The translations under genes and the position numbers were made by a program. Below, in pieces: positions 17,061 through 25,311 of a stretch of 25,311 nucleotides of DNA (within the stretch, counting starts at the first letter, position 1; every line of letters begins with the position of its first letter). The stretch comes from a virus (Duplodnaviria > Caudoviricetes). The notes below the pieces were generated by a model. That model was not told the origin of the DNA and did not search any database. It saw only the letters and a list, made by a program, of their open reading frames with translations. The stretch spans positions 1-25,311 of IMG/VR virus record IMGVR_UViG_3300032329_000228; one strand, given 5' to 3'.

Positions 17061-18912
17061 GGTTTCGGAGATCCGCGAGAAGTTCCCGATGTACGGGGAC
17101 TTGAATGACGATCAGTTGCTGATTGCCTTGCGCAAAAAGTACTACTCGGACATCCCTGCAAACCGGTTCTACAGCAACATCGACTACGACACTGAGCGCG
17201 ATCGTCTGAACAAAGACCTGGTTGGCTCGATGTCTACGACCGAAAGGTTGGCCGCCGGCGCGGGCAAAGCATTCACCGACATTGGCCGCTCAGTGAAACG
17301 AGTGGGCAACATGATCGGGATTGGCGATTACGACGAGGCTGCGGCCAAGGCTGACGAGGCCCTGGACAAGCCTTTGATGAGCACCACCGCCGGCACATGG
17401 GGCAAAGGCCTCACTGACGCCGGCCTGACATTCTTGCCAGGCCTCGGTGCTGCCAACAAGATCACCCAGGGTGTTCAAGCCGGGGCGAGATTGTTACCCA
17501 AGGCCGCCGGCATGATGGTCCGCGGCGCTGCACCCTACGCCGGTGCAGCTGGATCTGGCGCAGCCATCGGCGCGCTGACGAGCCCAGAAGACATGTCTGG
17601 GGGCGCCACAACGGGCGCTTTGGCAGGTACTGCGGGCGAGGTGGGGGGTAGGGTTCTGTCGGCTGCTTATAGCGGCGCCAAGGCCGCTGTGGAGCCCCTG
17701 TGGCAGGCTGGCCGCGAGCGCGTGCTCAAGCGCACCCTGGATCGCTTTGCAACCGATCCTGCCAAGGTTCGCGCAGCTGCAGCCAATCCTGTGGAGTATG
17801 TGCCTGGCGTGACACCCACGTTGGCCGAGGCCACGATGGACCCCGGCATTGCCCAGCTGCAACGCGGCGCGGCCGCGAGCTCGTCTGACGTGGCGTCTGC
17901 CCTGGCTGAATCCCGTGGCCGTCAGTTCGCCGGCTACAAGGGCGTGCTCGATGACCTGGCCGGCAACGATGGCCGCATGGACTTCTTTACCGCTGCCCGC
18001 AACACGGCCGCCGACGACCTGTATGGCCAGGCTCGAGCTGCTGGTCTAGCTCCCACGCGTGAGGCTAACGCGTTGATGAAGGACCTCATGCAGAGGCCTT
18101 CAGTGCAGCGCGCCATGAACGAGGCGCGTCAGCTAGCGCGTGAAAAAGGCATCAAGATTGACGACCCCGCCGGCAGCGTCGAGGGCTTGCAGTTCGTCAA
18201 GAGAGCTCTGGATGGTCAAATCGGCGCGGCAAGAACGGCCGGCAACACTGAACTGGCCAGTGCGCTCAAGGAGACGCAAGACAAGCTCCTGGGCTATCTG
18301 GACATGGCTTCACCGCTGCATGGCGAGGCACGCCGCACCTTTGCGGAAATGTCGCGCCCAGTGAATCAGATGGCGATTGGCCAGAAGCTACGCGATACAG
18401 CATTGCCCCCGCTGACAGACTTCAGCAACGACACGCTTGCTCGCGTCAACGCAAACAGCTATGCAAACGCACTGCGCAACGCGGACAAGACTGCTCGCAC
18501 GGCCACGGGCCTTAAGAGCGCAACCATGGAAGGCGTCATGGACCCTGCGCAGATGGCGCAGCTCAATGGCATTGGCCAGGACATGGCTCGTTATGCCGCT
18601 GCTCAGGACCTCGCAAAGGTTCCCGGTTCACCGACAGCTCAGTACCTGGGCGCGCAGAACGTCATTCGCCAGTTCCTGGGCCCTCTGGGCATTCCTCAAT
18701 CGGCTGCCGATTCAATGGCCGGCAGAGTTGCTAGCGGCCTGATGACGTTCCCATTCAAGATGACGCAAAGCCAGACTGAGCAGCTGCTCGCTCGAGCTCT
18801 GACAGACCCCAAGACGGCTGCGAAGATAATGGCGGCTAAGGACCCGAAAACGGTTGTCGAGATATTGCGTCCATACGCAGCTCAGACAGCGATACAGATG
18901 GACACACAGTAA
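17047..18912 (+). CDS. Large internal virion / DNA ejection protein
   Basis: SD GGAGG at 17037, ATG at 17047; Ala/Gly-rich hydrophobic segments then a long helical region; last gene before the tail fibre. Confidence 0.7.
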   Translation: MDKIKVSEIREKFPMYGDLNDDQLLIALRKKYYSDIPANRFYSNIDYDTERDRLNKDLVGSMSTTERLAAGAGKAFTDIGRSVKRVGNMIGIGDYDEAAAKADEALDKPLMSTTAGTWGKGLTDAGLTFLPGLGAANKITQGVQAGARLLPKAAGMMVRGAAPYAGAAGSGAAIGALTSPEDMSGGATTGALAGTAGEVGGRVLSAAYSGAKAAVEPLWQAGRERVLKRTLDRFATDPAKVRAAAANPVEYVPGVTPTLAEATMDPGIAQLQRGAAASSSDVASALAESRGRQFAGYKGVLDDLAGNDGRMDFFTAARNTAADDLYGQARAAGLAPTREANALMKDLMQRPSVQRAMNEARQLAREKGIKIDDPAGSVEGLQFVKRALDGQIGAARTAGNTELASALKETQDKLLGYLDMASPLHGEARRTFAEMSRPVNQMAIGQKLRDTALPPLTDFSNDTLARVNANSYANALRNADKTARTATGLKSATMEGVMDPAQMAQLNGIGQDMARYAAAQDLAKVPGSPTAQYLGAQNVIRQFLGPLGIPQSAADSMAGRVASGLMTFPFKMTQSQTEQLLARALTDPKTAAKIMAAKDPKTVVEILRPYAAQTAIQMDTQ

Positions 18913-18925
18913 TTAGGAGAGAGCA

Positions 18926-21900
18926 ATGCCACGCAATAGTTCAGGTATTTACACGCTGCCAGGCGGCAACCCCGTTACCCCTGGCGACGTGATCGAGGCC
19001 GTGTGGGCCAACACGACGCTGGAGGACGTGGCTGACGCGCTGACCAACTCCCTGTCTCGCACTGGCGCTGGCGGCATGCTGGCGCCTTTCCGCATTGCTG
19101 ACGGCTCTGTCAGCGGCCCTGGTCTGTCGTTCTTAAACGAAACCAACACCGGTTTGTATCGCCAAGGCGCTGGCAACATGTATGTGGCCGTCACCGGTGT
19201 GAATGTCGCACAGTTCACGGCCAACGGTTTACTCATTCCTGTGGGCAAAACGTTCACCGCCCAAGGCGGCATCACAACGCCTACGTTGGATGTGACAACA
19301 TCGGCCACTATCGAGCTGGCCACATTGACAGGCACGGCCAAGCTTGGCAAATCCACAGGCACAGAGTCTTTGCGCGTCGTGCCTGCCGCGTCAGCTGTCA
19401 ACTGGTTACGAATCTTTGGTGGCGCACTTGGAATAAGCCCAACCATCGACGTGCAAGGCTCAGACACCAACATCAACTTGAACCTTGGAGCCAAGGGCGG
19501 CGGATCAGTAGTTACTGCAAGTCCTGTGGGCTTTGGCTCCACGCTGTCAGTCGTTGGCGAGATTACTGCCATCGGTGGCATCTCAGGCACAGTGACCTCA
19601 AGCAATGCGGTGCTGACTGGCGGCACTATCAATAACGTCGTGATTGGCGGCACAACGCCTCAAACAATCACCGGCACGACCATCACGTCCACTGTGGGCT
19701 TTGTTGGTAATTTGACCGGAAACGTCACTGGGAACACCACAGGAACGCACACAGGCGCGGTCGCAGGCAACGTCACGGGCAACGTGACTGGCAACTTGAC
19801 GGGCAACGTCACGGCCGCGTCCGGCACTAGCACGTTTGAGAACGTGACGATCAACGGCTCGCTGGACATGAACTCCGCGACCGGTAGCACCATCACTGGC
19901 TTGTCAACGCCTACGGCCGACAGCGATGCGGCCAACAAGGCCTACGTTGACAGCGTGGCGCAGGGCATCGATGCGAAGGCATCTTGCTTGGCCGCGACAA
20001 CTGCAAACATCACTCTGTCAGGCACACAGACGATCGACGGTGTGGCCGTTACGGCTGGCCAGCGCGTTCTGGTCAAGGATCAGTCGGTTTCTGCGAACAA
20101 CGGCATCTATGTGGCGTCCGCCGGCGGCTGGACGCGTGCAACTGACGCTGACACATGGGCTGAGCTGGTATCGGCCTACACGTTCATCGAGCAGGGCACA
20201 GCCAATGGCAACAACGGCTACATCTGCACGGTGCAAGCAGGTGGGACATTGGGCGTCACACCTGTCACTTGGGTTCAGTTCTCTGGCGCTGGTCAAATCA
20301 ATGCCGGCGCAGGTCTGACCAAGACCGGCAACACGTTGGCTGTCGGCACGGCCTCGAGCTCGCGCATTGTGGTCAACGCAGACGACATCGACTTGGCCTC
20401 CACCGGCATCACGCCTGGCACTTACAAGTCGCTGACGATCGACGCGTATGGTCGTGCCACGGCTGGTACGAATCCCACAACGCTGAGCGGTTATGGCATC
20501 ACCGACGCCTACACGATCGCCCAGGTTGACGCTTTGTTTGGCTCGACCACATCGGCTGCCGCGTCTGCGGCCGCTGCGGCCACAAGCGCATCCAACGCAG
20601 CCACCAGCGCGACCAATGCATCCAACTCCGCAACTGCGGCGGCTGGTAGTGCGACAAGCGCGGCTGCTACCTACACGACATTCAACGACCAGTACCTGGG
20701 CAGCAAGTCAAGCAACCCGACTGTGAACAACTCGGGCGGCGCATTGGTGGCCGGAAATCTGTACTGGAACAGCACAGCCAACGAGATGCGCGTGTACACG
20801 GGCTCCGCCTGGTTGACCGCATACCTGCCTGCCACAGGCTACCTCGCGCTGACTGGTGGAACGCTGACTGGCAACCTGACACTGCAATCGAACCTGATCT
20901 TTGACGGCAGTGCTCGACGCATTACCGGCGACTTCAGCAACAGCACGATTGCCAATCGCACGCTGGTGCAGAGCAGCACTACGAACGGCAACACGCAGCT
21001 TGGACTGATCCCTAACGGTACGTCGGTCAACTCTGCGTTCTTCGCGTACAACAATCCAGACCCCACCAACGCAAGCACTGCCGCTATGCGTGTCAACGCG
21101 TCTGAGATGGCTTTGATCAGCGGCATCACTGGCACTGGCACATACCTGCCAATGGCCTTCCTGACGAACAACAGTGAGCGCGGCCGCATTACGACGACCG
21201 GCAACTGGTTGATCGGCAGCTCGACCGACAACGGCACTGACAAGCTCCAGGTCACTGGCAGCATGTCTCTCAGCAGCGCCTTGCGCGTTGGTACGTCGCC
21301 TTCTGCTGGTACGTCAGGCCAGGTGCTGACATCGGCTGGTGCAGGTGCGGCTCCCATTTGGTCCACTCCTGCGGTGACCGCACCTGCCGGTTCTACTGGC
21401 CAAGTGCAATACAACAACGCAGGCGCGTTTGGTGCGCTATCTGATGGCACTGCCGGTCAGGTTCTCACCTCGGCTGGTTCTGGTGCTGCGCCTACTTGGT
21501 CTACTCCGGGCGGCGGTTCGTGGGTATTTTTGTCAAGTGCATCTGCGTACTACTCATCCTATGTCGACTTCACCGGTTTTGTTACCTCTACATATGAAAC
21601 TTACGCGGTGATCCTAACTTCATATAATGTCAACGGCGGGAGTTACGGAGGATTTCAGTTTTATGTTGATGGAACTCTTCGAACTGCAAACTATTCAGGT
21701 GCTGGTTTTTATGTGGATAACGGTGCAAACCTTGCAGGACGTGGACCTGCCGATTCATCAAACATGCGAATTACAAATGCGGCTAATTCCCAGCAGTTTG
21801 GAATTGTTTACATAAATTCAAATCAGTTTAATTCTTTGTCCGGAGATATGCGGCCTACTATTCTTTCTCAATTAGCAGGCGGTTCGATGGTTTATTACAA

Positions 21901-22012
21901 CACAGCTGGTAGTCTAAATAACACAGGTGTGGTTTCTGGTATCCGGTTTATGAATTTTGGCGGCGGGACTATTACGGGCCGCTTTGATTTGTATGGCATT
22001 AAACGCAGTTAA
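18926..22012 (+). CDS. Tail fibre protein (mosaic)
   Basis: MPRNSSG.YTLP.GNPV anchor; GN[LV]T repeats (19706-19813); DAANKAYVD; ANITLSG.QTIDGV...G.RVLVKDQ...NGIY; GYGITDA; Ala/Ser linker; two GQVLTS repeats. Confidence 0.88.
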   Translation: MPRNSSGIYTLPGGNPVTPGDVIEAVWANTTLEDVADALTNSLSRTGAGGMLAPFRIADGSVSGPGLSFLNETNTGLYRQGAGNMYVAVTGVNVAQFTANGLLIPVGKTFTAQGGITTPTLDVTTSATIELATLTGTAKLGKSTGTESLRVVPAASAVNWLRIFGGALGISPTIDVQGSDTNINLNLGAKGGGSVVTASPVGFGSTLSVVGEITAIGGISGTVTSSNAVLTGGTINNVVIGGTTPQTITGTTITSTVGFVGNLTGNVTGNTTGTHTGAVAGNVTGNVTGNLTGNVTAASGTSTFENVTINGSLDMNSATGSTITGLSTPTADSDAANKAYVDSVAQGIDAKASCLAATTANITLSGTQTIDGVAVTAGQRVLVKDQSVSANNGIYVASAGGWTRATDADTWAELVSAYTFIEQGTANGNNGYICTVQAGGTLGVTPVTWVQFSGAGQINAGAGLTKTGNTLAVGTASSSRIVVNADDIDLASTGITPGTYKSLTIDAYGRATAGTNPTTLSGYGITDAYTIAQVDALFGSTTSAAASAAAAATSASNAATSATNASNSATAAAGSATSAAATYTTFNDQYLGSKSSNPTVNNSGGALVAGNLYWNSTANEMRVYTGSAWLTAYLPATGYLALTGGTLTGNLTLQSNLIFDGSARRITGDFSNSTIANRTLVQSSTTNGNTQLGLIPNGTSVNSAFFAYNNPDPTNASTAAMRVNASEMALISGITGTGTYLPMAFLTNNSERGRITTTGNWLIGSSTDNGTDKLQVTGSMSLSSALRVGTSPSAGTSGQVLTSAGAGAAPIWSTPAVTAPAGSTGQVQYNNAGAFGALSDGTAGQVLTSAGSGAAPTWSTPGGGSWVFLSSASAYYSSYVDFTGFVTSTYETYAVILTSYNVNGGSYGGFQFYVDGTLRTANYSGAGFYVDNGANLAGRGPADSSNMRITNAANSQQFGIVYINSNQFNSLSGDMRPTILSQLAGGSMVYYNTAGSLNNTGVVSGIRFMNFGGGTITGRFDLYGIKRS
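21308..21508 (+). repeat. Two 63-bp GT.GQVLTSAG.GAAP.WSTP repeats in the tail fibre
   Basis: Copies at 21308-21370 and 21446-21508; 18/21 aa identical, with diverged synonymous sites. Confidence 0.85.
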
Positions 22013-22021
22013 GGAAAACAC

Positions 22022-22279
22022 ATGAAACGTACAGCAATCGTGAATGGTGAGGTAGTCGATCTTACAGCCGAAGAAGAAGCGGCATTTAATGCAATAGAAG
22101 CTGCGCATGCAGCCGAACAAGCCGAACTTGCCAGGACGCAATATCAACGCGACCGCGCCGCTGAGTATCCGCCGATTGCCGACTACATCGACGGCATCGT
22201 CAAAGGCGACCAAGCGCAGGTGCAGGCATACATCGATGCGTGCCTGGCTGTGAAGGCTAAGTACCCGAAACCGGAGTGA
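22022..22279 (+). CDS. Tail fibre-associated (chaperone-like) protein
   Basis: YQRDRAAEYPPI.D..D...K...........AVKAKYPKP motif typical of small genes following fibres; SD AAGGA. Confidence 0.75.
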   Translation: MKRTAIVNGEVVDLTAEEEAAFNAIEAAHAAEQAELARTQYQRDRAAEYPPIADYIDGIVKGDQAQVQAYIDACLAVKAKYPKPE

Positions 22280-22282
22280 TCC

Positions 22283-22603
22283 ATGACCACCTACGCGTGG
22301 CAGTTCGATTCGCTTGATGTCTTTCCGACGTATTCGACAGTGACTGACGCGGTAGAGAGCATGCACTGGCGGCTCACGGCTGATTACGGCCTTGGCCACC
22401 AGGCGCAGGCATACGGAGAGCAGAAGACCGGCCCGATCGATGTGAACAACTTCATTCCTTACGCGAGTCTGACGTTGGCAGATGTGCAGGGCTGGTGTGA
22501 GACGCAGATGGGGCCTGAGTTGGACGTAGTGAAGGCCGCGCTGGTTGGTCAGATCAACGAGCAGATTGACCCGACTACGGTGTCATTAGCACCGCCGTGG
22601 TGA
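22283..22603 (+). CDS. Conserved phage hypothetical protein (post-fibre)
   Basis: Y.W...L......V...HWR...FIPY..LT...V.GW.....PW pattern; SD GGAG. Confidence 0.75.
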   Translation: MTTYAWQFDSLDVFPTYSTVTDAVESMHWRLTADYGLGHQAQAYGEQKTGPIDVNNFIPYASLTLADVQGWCETQMGPELDVVKAALVGQINEQIDPTTVSLAPPW

Positions 22604-22660
22604 TGCGATAATCGCCACACATAATAATTTCATCAACCCACGACATCCCAGGAGATTCAA

Positions 22661-22837
22661 ATGGAAATTTCAATTCAACTTGAGCTGAACGAAGTCAACG
22701 CGGTACTGGATGCCATCGGTCAATTGCCGACGAGCTCCAACACATGGCCCATCGCGGCCAAGATCCGCGCCCAGGCAGAAGTACAGCTTCCTAGAAATAC
22801 TGAAGGAGCTGGGGATGAAGGAAGTACCACTGACTGA
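22661..22837 (+). CDS. Small hypothetical protein, 58 aa (not in the ORF track)
   Basis: SD AGGAG at 22650; MEISIQLELNEVNAVLDAIGQLPTSSNTWPIAAKIRAQAEVQLPRNTEGAGDEGSTTD. Confidence 0.7.
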   Translation: MEISIQLELNEVNAVLDAIGQLPTSSNTWPIAAKIRAQAEVQLPRNTEGAGDEGSTTD

Positions 22838-23000
22838 TGCTCAGATTGAGGCGATCGCGGAGCGCGCTGCCGAGGTCGCCTTGAACAAGGTCTACACCGA
22901 AGTAGGCAAATCAGTTCTCAAGAAACTGGCATGGGTCACAGGCGTAGCAGTGCTTGGCCTGTTCATGTGGCTAGCCGGCCACAACGCCCTACCTAAGTGA
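22815..23000 (+). CDS. Small single-TM protein (holin/antiholin-like), 61 aa
   Basis: SD AAGGAG at 22803, ATG at 22815; C-terminal TM LAWVTGVAVLGLFMWLAG. Confidence 0.7.
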   Translation: MKEVPLTDAQIEAIAERAAEVALNKVYTEVGKSVLKKLAWVTGVAVLGLFMWLAGHNALPK

Positions 23001-23007
23001 GCCCGCC

Positions 23008-23505
23008 ATGATCGACCCGATCAGCGCGCTAGCCGGCATTCAGTCGGCAATCAAGACGGTTAAGAAGGCTGCGCAAGTAGCACAAGACATCGGCTCCCTC
23101 GCGCCGATGATCGGAAAGATGTTCGATGCCAAGAGCGCCGCCACCAAGGCAATGGTGGAGGCCAAACGCTCTGGCAAGGGCTCAAACATGGGCACCGCAC
23201 TGCAAATCGAGATGGCGCTTGAGCAAGCTCGCGCATTCGAGGAAGAGCTAAAGATGCTTTTCATGCAGGCCGGCAAGATCGATGTCTGGAACAAGATCAA
23301 AGAGCGCGCTGCGCTAATGGATCTTGAAGACGCAAAGATGGCCAAGGCAGCCAAAGAGGAAGACAAAAAGCGCAAGGAGAAAGAGGCCGAGATGCAAGAA
23401 ATCGTTCTTGTCGTTGGCGCTGTCTCGTTTCTGCTTTTACTGATCGGCATCGGCATCAATGAGCTGATGGAGTTCTGCCACACAACGCACCGCTGCGGTC
23501 GATGA
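23008..23505 (+). CDS. Coiled-coil protein with a C-terminal TM segment
   Basis: MIDPISALA N-terminus, charged coiled coil, TM IVLVVGAVSFLLLLIGIGI. Confidence 0.75.
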   Translation: MIDPISALAGIQSAIKTVKKAAQVAQDIGSLAPMIGKMFDAKSAATKAMVEAKRSGKGSNMGTALQIEMALEQARAFEEELKMLFMQAGKIDVWNKIKERAALMDLEDAKMAKAAKEEDKKRKEKEAEMQEIVLVVGAVSFLLLLIGIGINELMEFCHTTHRCGR

Positions 23506-23651
23506 ATGAGTACCAGAAACAATTCGACCTTGTTTGCAAAATCATTTGCTATGGATGCGCAGCCTGGTGGTTTCTGGGCTTCTTGAGGTTCCTGCCTGAC
23601 GATCTGTCAAACAGGATTGTGAATTTGTTGCTTTCAAAGATTGGGCTGTAA
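23502..23651 (+). CDS. Small hydrophobic/amphipathic peptide, 49 aa (not in the ORF track)
   Basis: ATGA overlap with the upstream stop; ends 2 nt before the holin start; MNEYQKQFDLVCKIICYGCAAWWFLGFLRFLPDDLSNRIVNLLLSKIGL. Confidence 0.65.
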   Translation: MNEYQKQFDLVCKIICYGCAAWWFLGFLRFLPDDLSNRIVNLLLSKIGL

Positions 23652-23653
23652 CT

Positions 23654-24157
23654 ATGTTGTCTCTACTCTCGACCCTCGGCGGCTTGCTGATTTCTGGCTT
23701 GCCAAAGCTCCTGGAGTACTTCCAGAACAAGTCAGACCAGAAGCATGAGCAGGAGCTCGCTCGCATCCAGTCCCAGAAGGAGCTCGAGCTGGCCGCCAAG
23801 GGCTTTGCAGCTCAGGCCAGGGTAGAGGAGATCAAGTTCGACCAGATCGCCTTGCAGACCGATGCCCAGATGACTGAGGCCGCGCTCAAGCACGATGAAA
23901 AGATCATGGAGCGGGCCAGCACCTGGGTGGTCAACTTCGTGGGCACTGTGCGCCCCGTGGTGACCTACATCTTCGTGCTCGAGCTGTGCGCGATCAACGC
24001 CTGGATTGCGTTCTACGTCTACGACCACCCGCACCTGGTGCAAAGCATGGACGACCTGATCCGCGTCTCTGACATCATCTTCAGCACTGACGAGATGTCG
24101 ATGCTGGGCGGCATCATCGGCTTCTGGTTTGGCTCACGCAGCTGGAGCAAGAAGTGA
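23654..24157 (+). CDS. Holin (3-TM, GTA-holin-like)
   Basis: Three hydrophobic segments; AS.WV......VRP..TY and IIGFWFG.R motifs; directly upstream of the lysozyme. Confidence 0.75.
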   Translation: MLSLLSTLGGLLISGLPKLLEYFQNKSDQKHEQELARIQSQKELELAAKGFAAQARVEEIKFDQIALQTDAQMTEAALKHDEKIMERASTWVVNFVGTVRPVVTYIFVLELCAINAWIAFYVYDHPHLVQSMDDLIRVSDIIFSTDEMSMLGGIIGFWFGSRSWSKK

Positions 24158-24675
24158 AACTGTCGGATCAGGGCGCTGCCCTGATGCACCGCTTTGAGGG
24201 CTACCGGACCAAGCCGTACCTGTGTGCCGCTCACATGTGGACAATCGGATACGGCCACGTCCTTCACCAGGAGCAGATCCGCCTGCCGGTGGTCAGGACG
24301 CCCGAGAACAAGGCGCCGATGATCAGAAAGGAGTTCCCGCTTGCGACTCAATACAACCGCACTTGGAGCAAGGAAGAGATTGACCAACTATTCGCTGATG
24401 ATGTCGCGTCTTTTGAACGCGGTGTTCTACGGCTTGCTCCCCGCCTGGATGGGCTTCAAGGGCCTTTTGACGCTTGCGTCTCTTTCGCGTTTAATGCCGG
24501 TCTAGGCAACTTCCAGCGCTCCCAGATTCGTATCAAGGTAAACAGGGGCGATTGGCAGGAAGCTGCCGACGCGTTCAGACAGTGGACGAAGGGCGGCGGC
24601 AAGGTGTTGCCGGGCCTTGTTACCAGGCGCGATGCAGAGCGCGAGCTGTTCCTAAAAGGTGTGCCAGAATCGTGA
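24154..24675 (+). CDS. Endolysin, GH24 phage lysozyme
   Basis: FEG....Y.C....WTIGYGH (E-x8-C-x5-T triad), FDA.VSF.FN.G and GGKVLPGLV.RR..E..LF. Confidence 0.93.
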   Translation: MKLSDQGAALMHRFEGYRTKPYLCAAHMWTIGYGHVLHQEQIRLPVVRTPENKAPMIRKEFPLATQYNRTWSKEEIDQLFADDVASFERGVLRLAPRLDGLQGPFDACVSFAFNAGLGNFQRSQIRIKVNRGDWQEAADAFRQWTKGGGKVLPGLVTRRDAERELFLKGVPES

Positions 24676-24711
24676 CACAGCGAGAGCTGTTTGTAGATGC
24701 CATTGAGAGTT

Positions 24712-24740
24712 AAGGCCCTGATTACTCAGGGCCTTTTTTT
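24712..24740 (+). terminator. Rho-independent terminator of the late/lysis operon
   Basis: AAGGCCCTGA-ttac-TCAGGGCCTT followed by a T-run. Confidence 0.85.
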
Positions 24741-24748
24741 CATGAACC

Positions 24749-24795
24749 GACTGTTAATCCGCAGGTCCCTGGTTCGAGCCCAGGTCGGGGAGCCA
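24749..24795 (+). other. 3' half of tRNA-Asn(GTT), att core; not a complete tRNA
   Basis: GACTGTTAATCCG (anticodon GTT), T-arm CCTGGTTCGAGCCCAGG, acceptor strand TCGGGGA-G-CCA; no D-arm or 5' acceptor strand upstream. Confidence 0.92.
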
Positions 24796-24864
24796 AAGAA
24801 TCAAGCAGTTAGGCATAGACCGGATGCTGTTGTCATAGGACTGTGCCACGGATGTGCCACTGAT

Positions 24865-25311
24865 TTAAAAGGAAACTCGCTCGGCGGCCTTGGCCAGGTG
24901 CTCGGGCGAGAGGTGCGCATACCGCTGAACCATCAGCGGCGTGTGCCACCCACCCAGCTCCTGCAACACCGACAGCGCCGTGCCTTCCATGGCATGCCAG
25001 CTGGCCCAGGTGTGCCGCAGGTCATGGAACCTGCACCAGGGCACGCCAGCGCGCTTCGTGGCCGCCTTCCAGGCGCTACCCCACACCTCGGTGAGATCGC
25101 CCCACACGCGGCCCGTGCGCGGTCCTTCGATCGACTCCAGGATCGCTTTGGCGTGCGGGTTGAGCGGGACCAGCAGGCGGCTGCCTGCCTTCGTCTCGTC
25201 AGCCTGGACCACCACCATGCCGCGCTCCAGGTTCACGTTCTCCCAGGTCATGCCAAACAGGTTGGCGCGGCGCATGCCGGTGAGCAGTGCCATGCGCACC
25301 ACCTTGCGGTA
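24865..25311 (-). CDS. int: Tyrosine recombinase/integrase, C-terminal part (5' end outside the window)
   Basis: Catalytic motifs TGMR, TK, FHDLRHT, LGGW and RYAHL; next to attP. Confidence 0.95.
   Translation of the reverse strand, partial: YRKVVRMALLTGMRRANLFGMTWENVNLERGMVVVQADETKAGSRLLVPLNPHAKAILESIEGPRTGRVWGDLTEVWGSAWKAATKRAGVPWCRFHDLRHTWASWHAMEGTALSVLQELGGWHTPLMVQRYAHLSPEHLAKAAERVSF

Larger units (their letters stand above)
24660..24860 (+). mobile_element. attP: arm-type repeats, IHF sites and tRNA-Asn core
   Basis: Left arm TGTGCCAG/CGTGACAC (24660, 24671); right arm TGTGCCAC x2 (24842, 24853); IHF consensus matches at 24711-24723 (-) and 24799-24811 (+); core 24749-24795; adjacent to int. 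Confidence 0.85.

Noticed and set aside
21510-22012. Diversity-generating retroelement variable region in the fibre tip
   Set aside because: No template repeat differing at adenines and no reverse transcriptase in the window; cannot be excluded elsewhere in the genome.
2689-22814. Upstream starts given by the ORF track (2689, 12625, 14165, 15499, 16942, 22710)
   Set aside because: Downstream ATGs with SD sequences or stop/start overlaps (2725, 12742, 14210, 15502, 17047, 22815) are better supported.
24749-24795. Functional phage tRNA-Asn gene
   Set aside because: The 5' acceptor strand and D-arm are absent; it is an att core.

Overview
The window is the late (morphogenesis and lysis) half of a temperate, short-tailed (podovirus-type) dsDNA phage, almost all on the + strand. 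Gene order: small membrane protein, terS, DUF3310, terL, portal, Dps-like protein, a 605-aa protein with an HhH-GPD DNA-glycosylase motif, hypothetical, scaffold, structured RNA leader, major capsid, head/tail connector genes, a Gly/Thr-rich protein, GNAT, ejection proteins, tail fibre, small membrane proteins, holin and endolysin. These are followed by an intact attP (3' half of tRNA-Asn-GTT with IHF and arm-type sites) and a convergent, window-truncated tyrosine integrase. Phage genes on both sides of the att core indicate the excised or virion form. The tRNA fragment looks betaproteobacterial (from memory, unverified). Most notable: (1) an inverted, att-like copy of the integrase arm doublet plus an IHF site hidden inside terS; (2) a Dps-like gene next to an Ogg/Nth-like glycosylase in the head module; (3) a multi-stem RNA that sequesters the capsid RBS and a pseudoknot/terminator switch after the capsid gene; (4) a recurring candidate late-promoter motif. 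All family assignments come from motif recognition by eye, not database searches.
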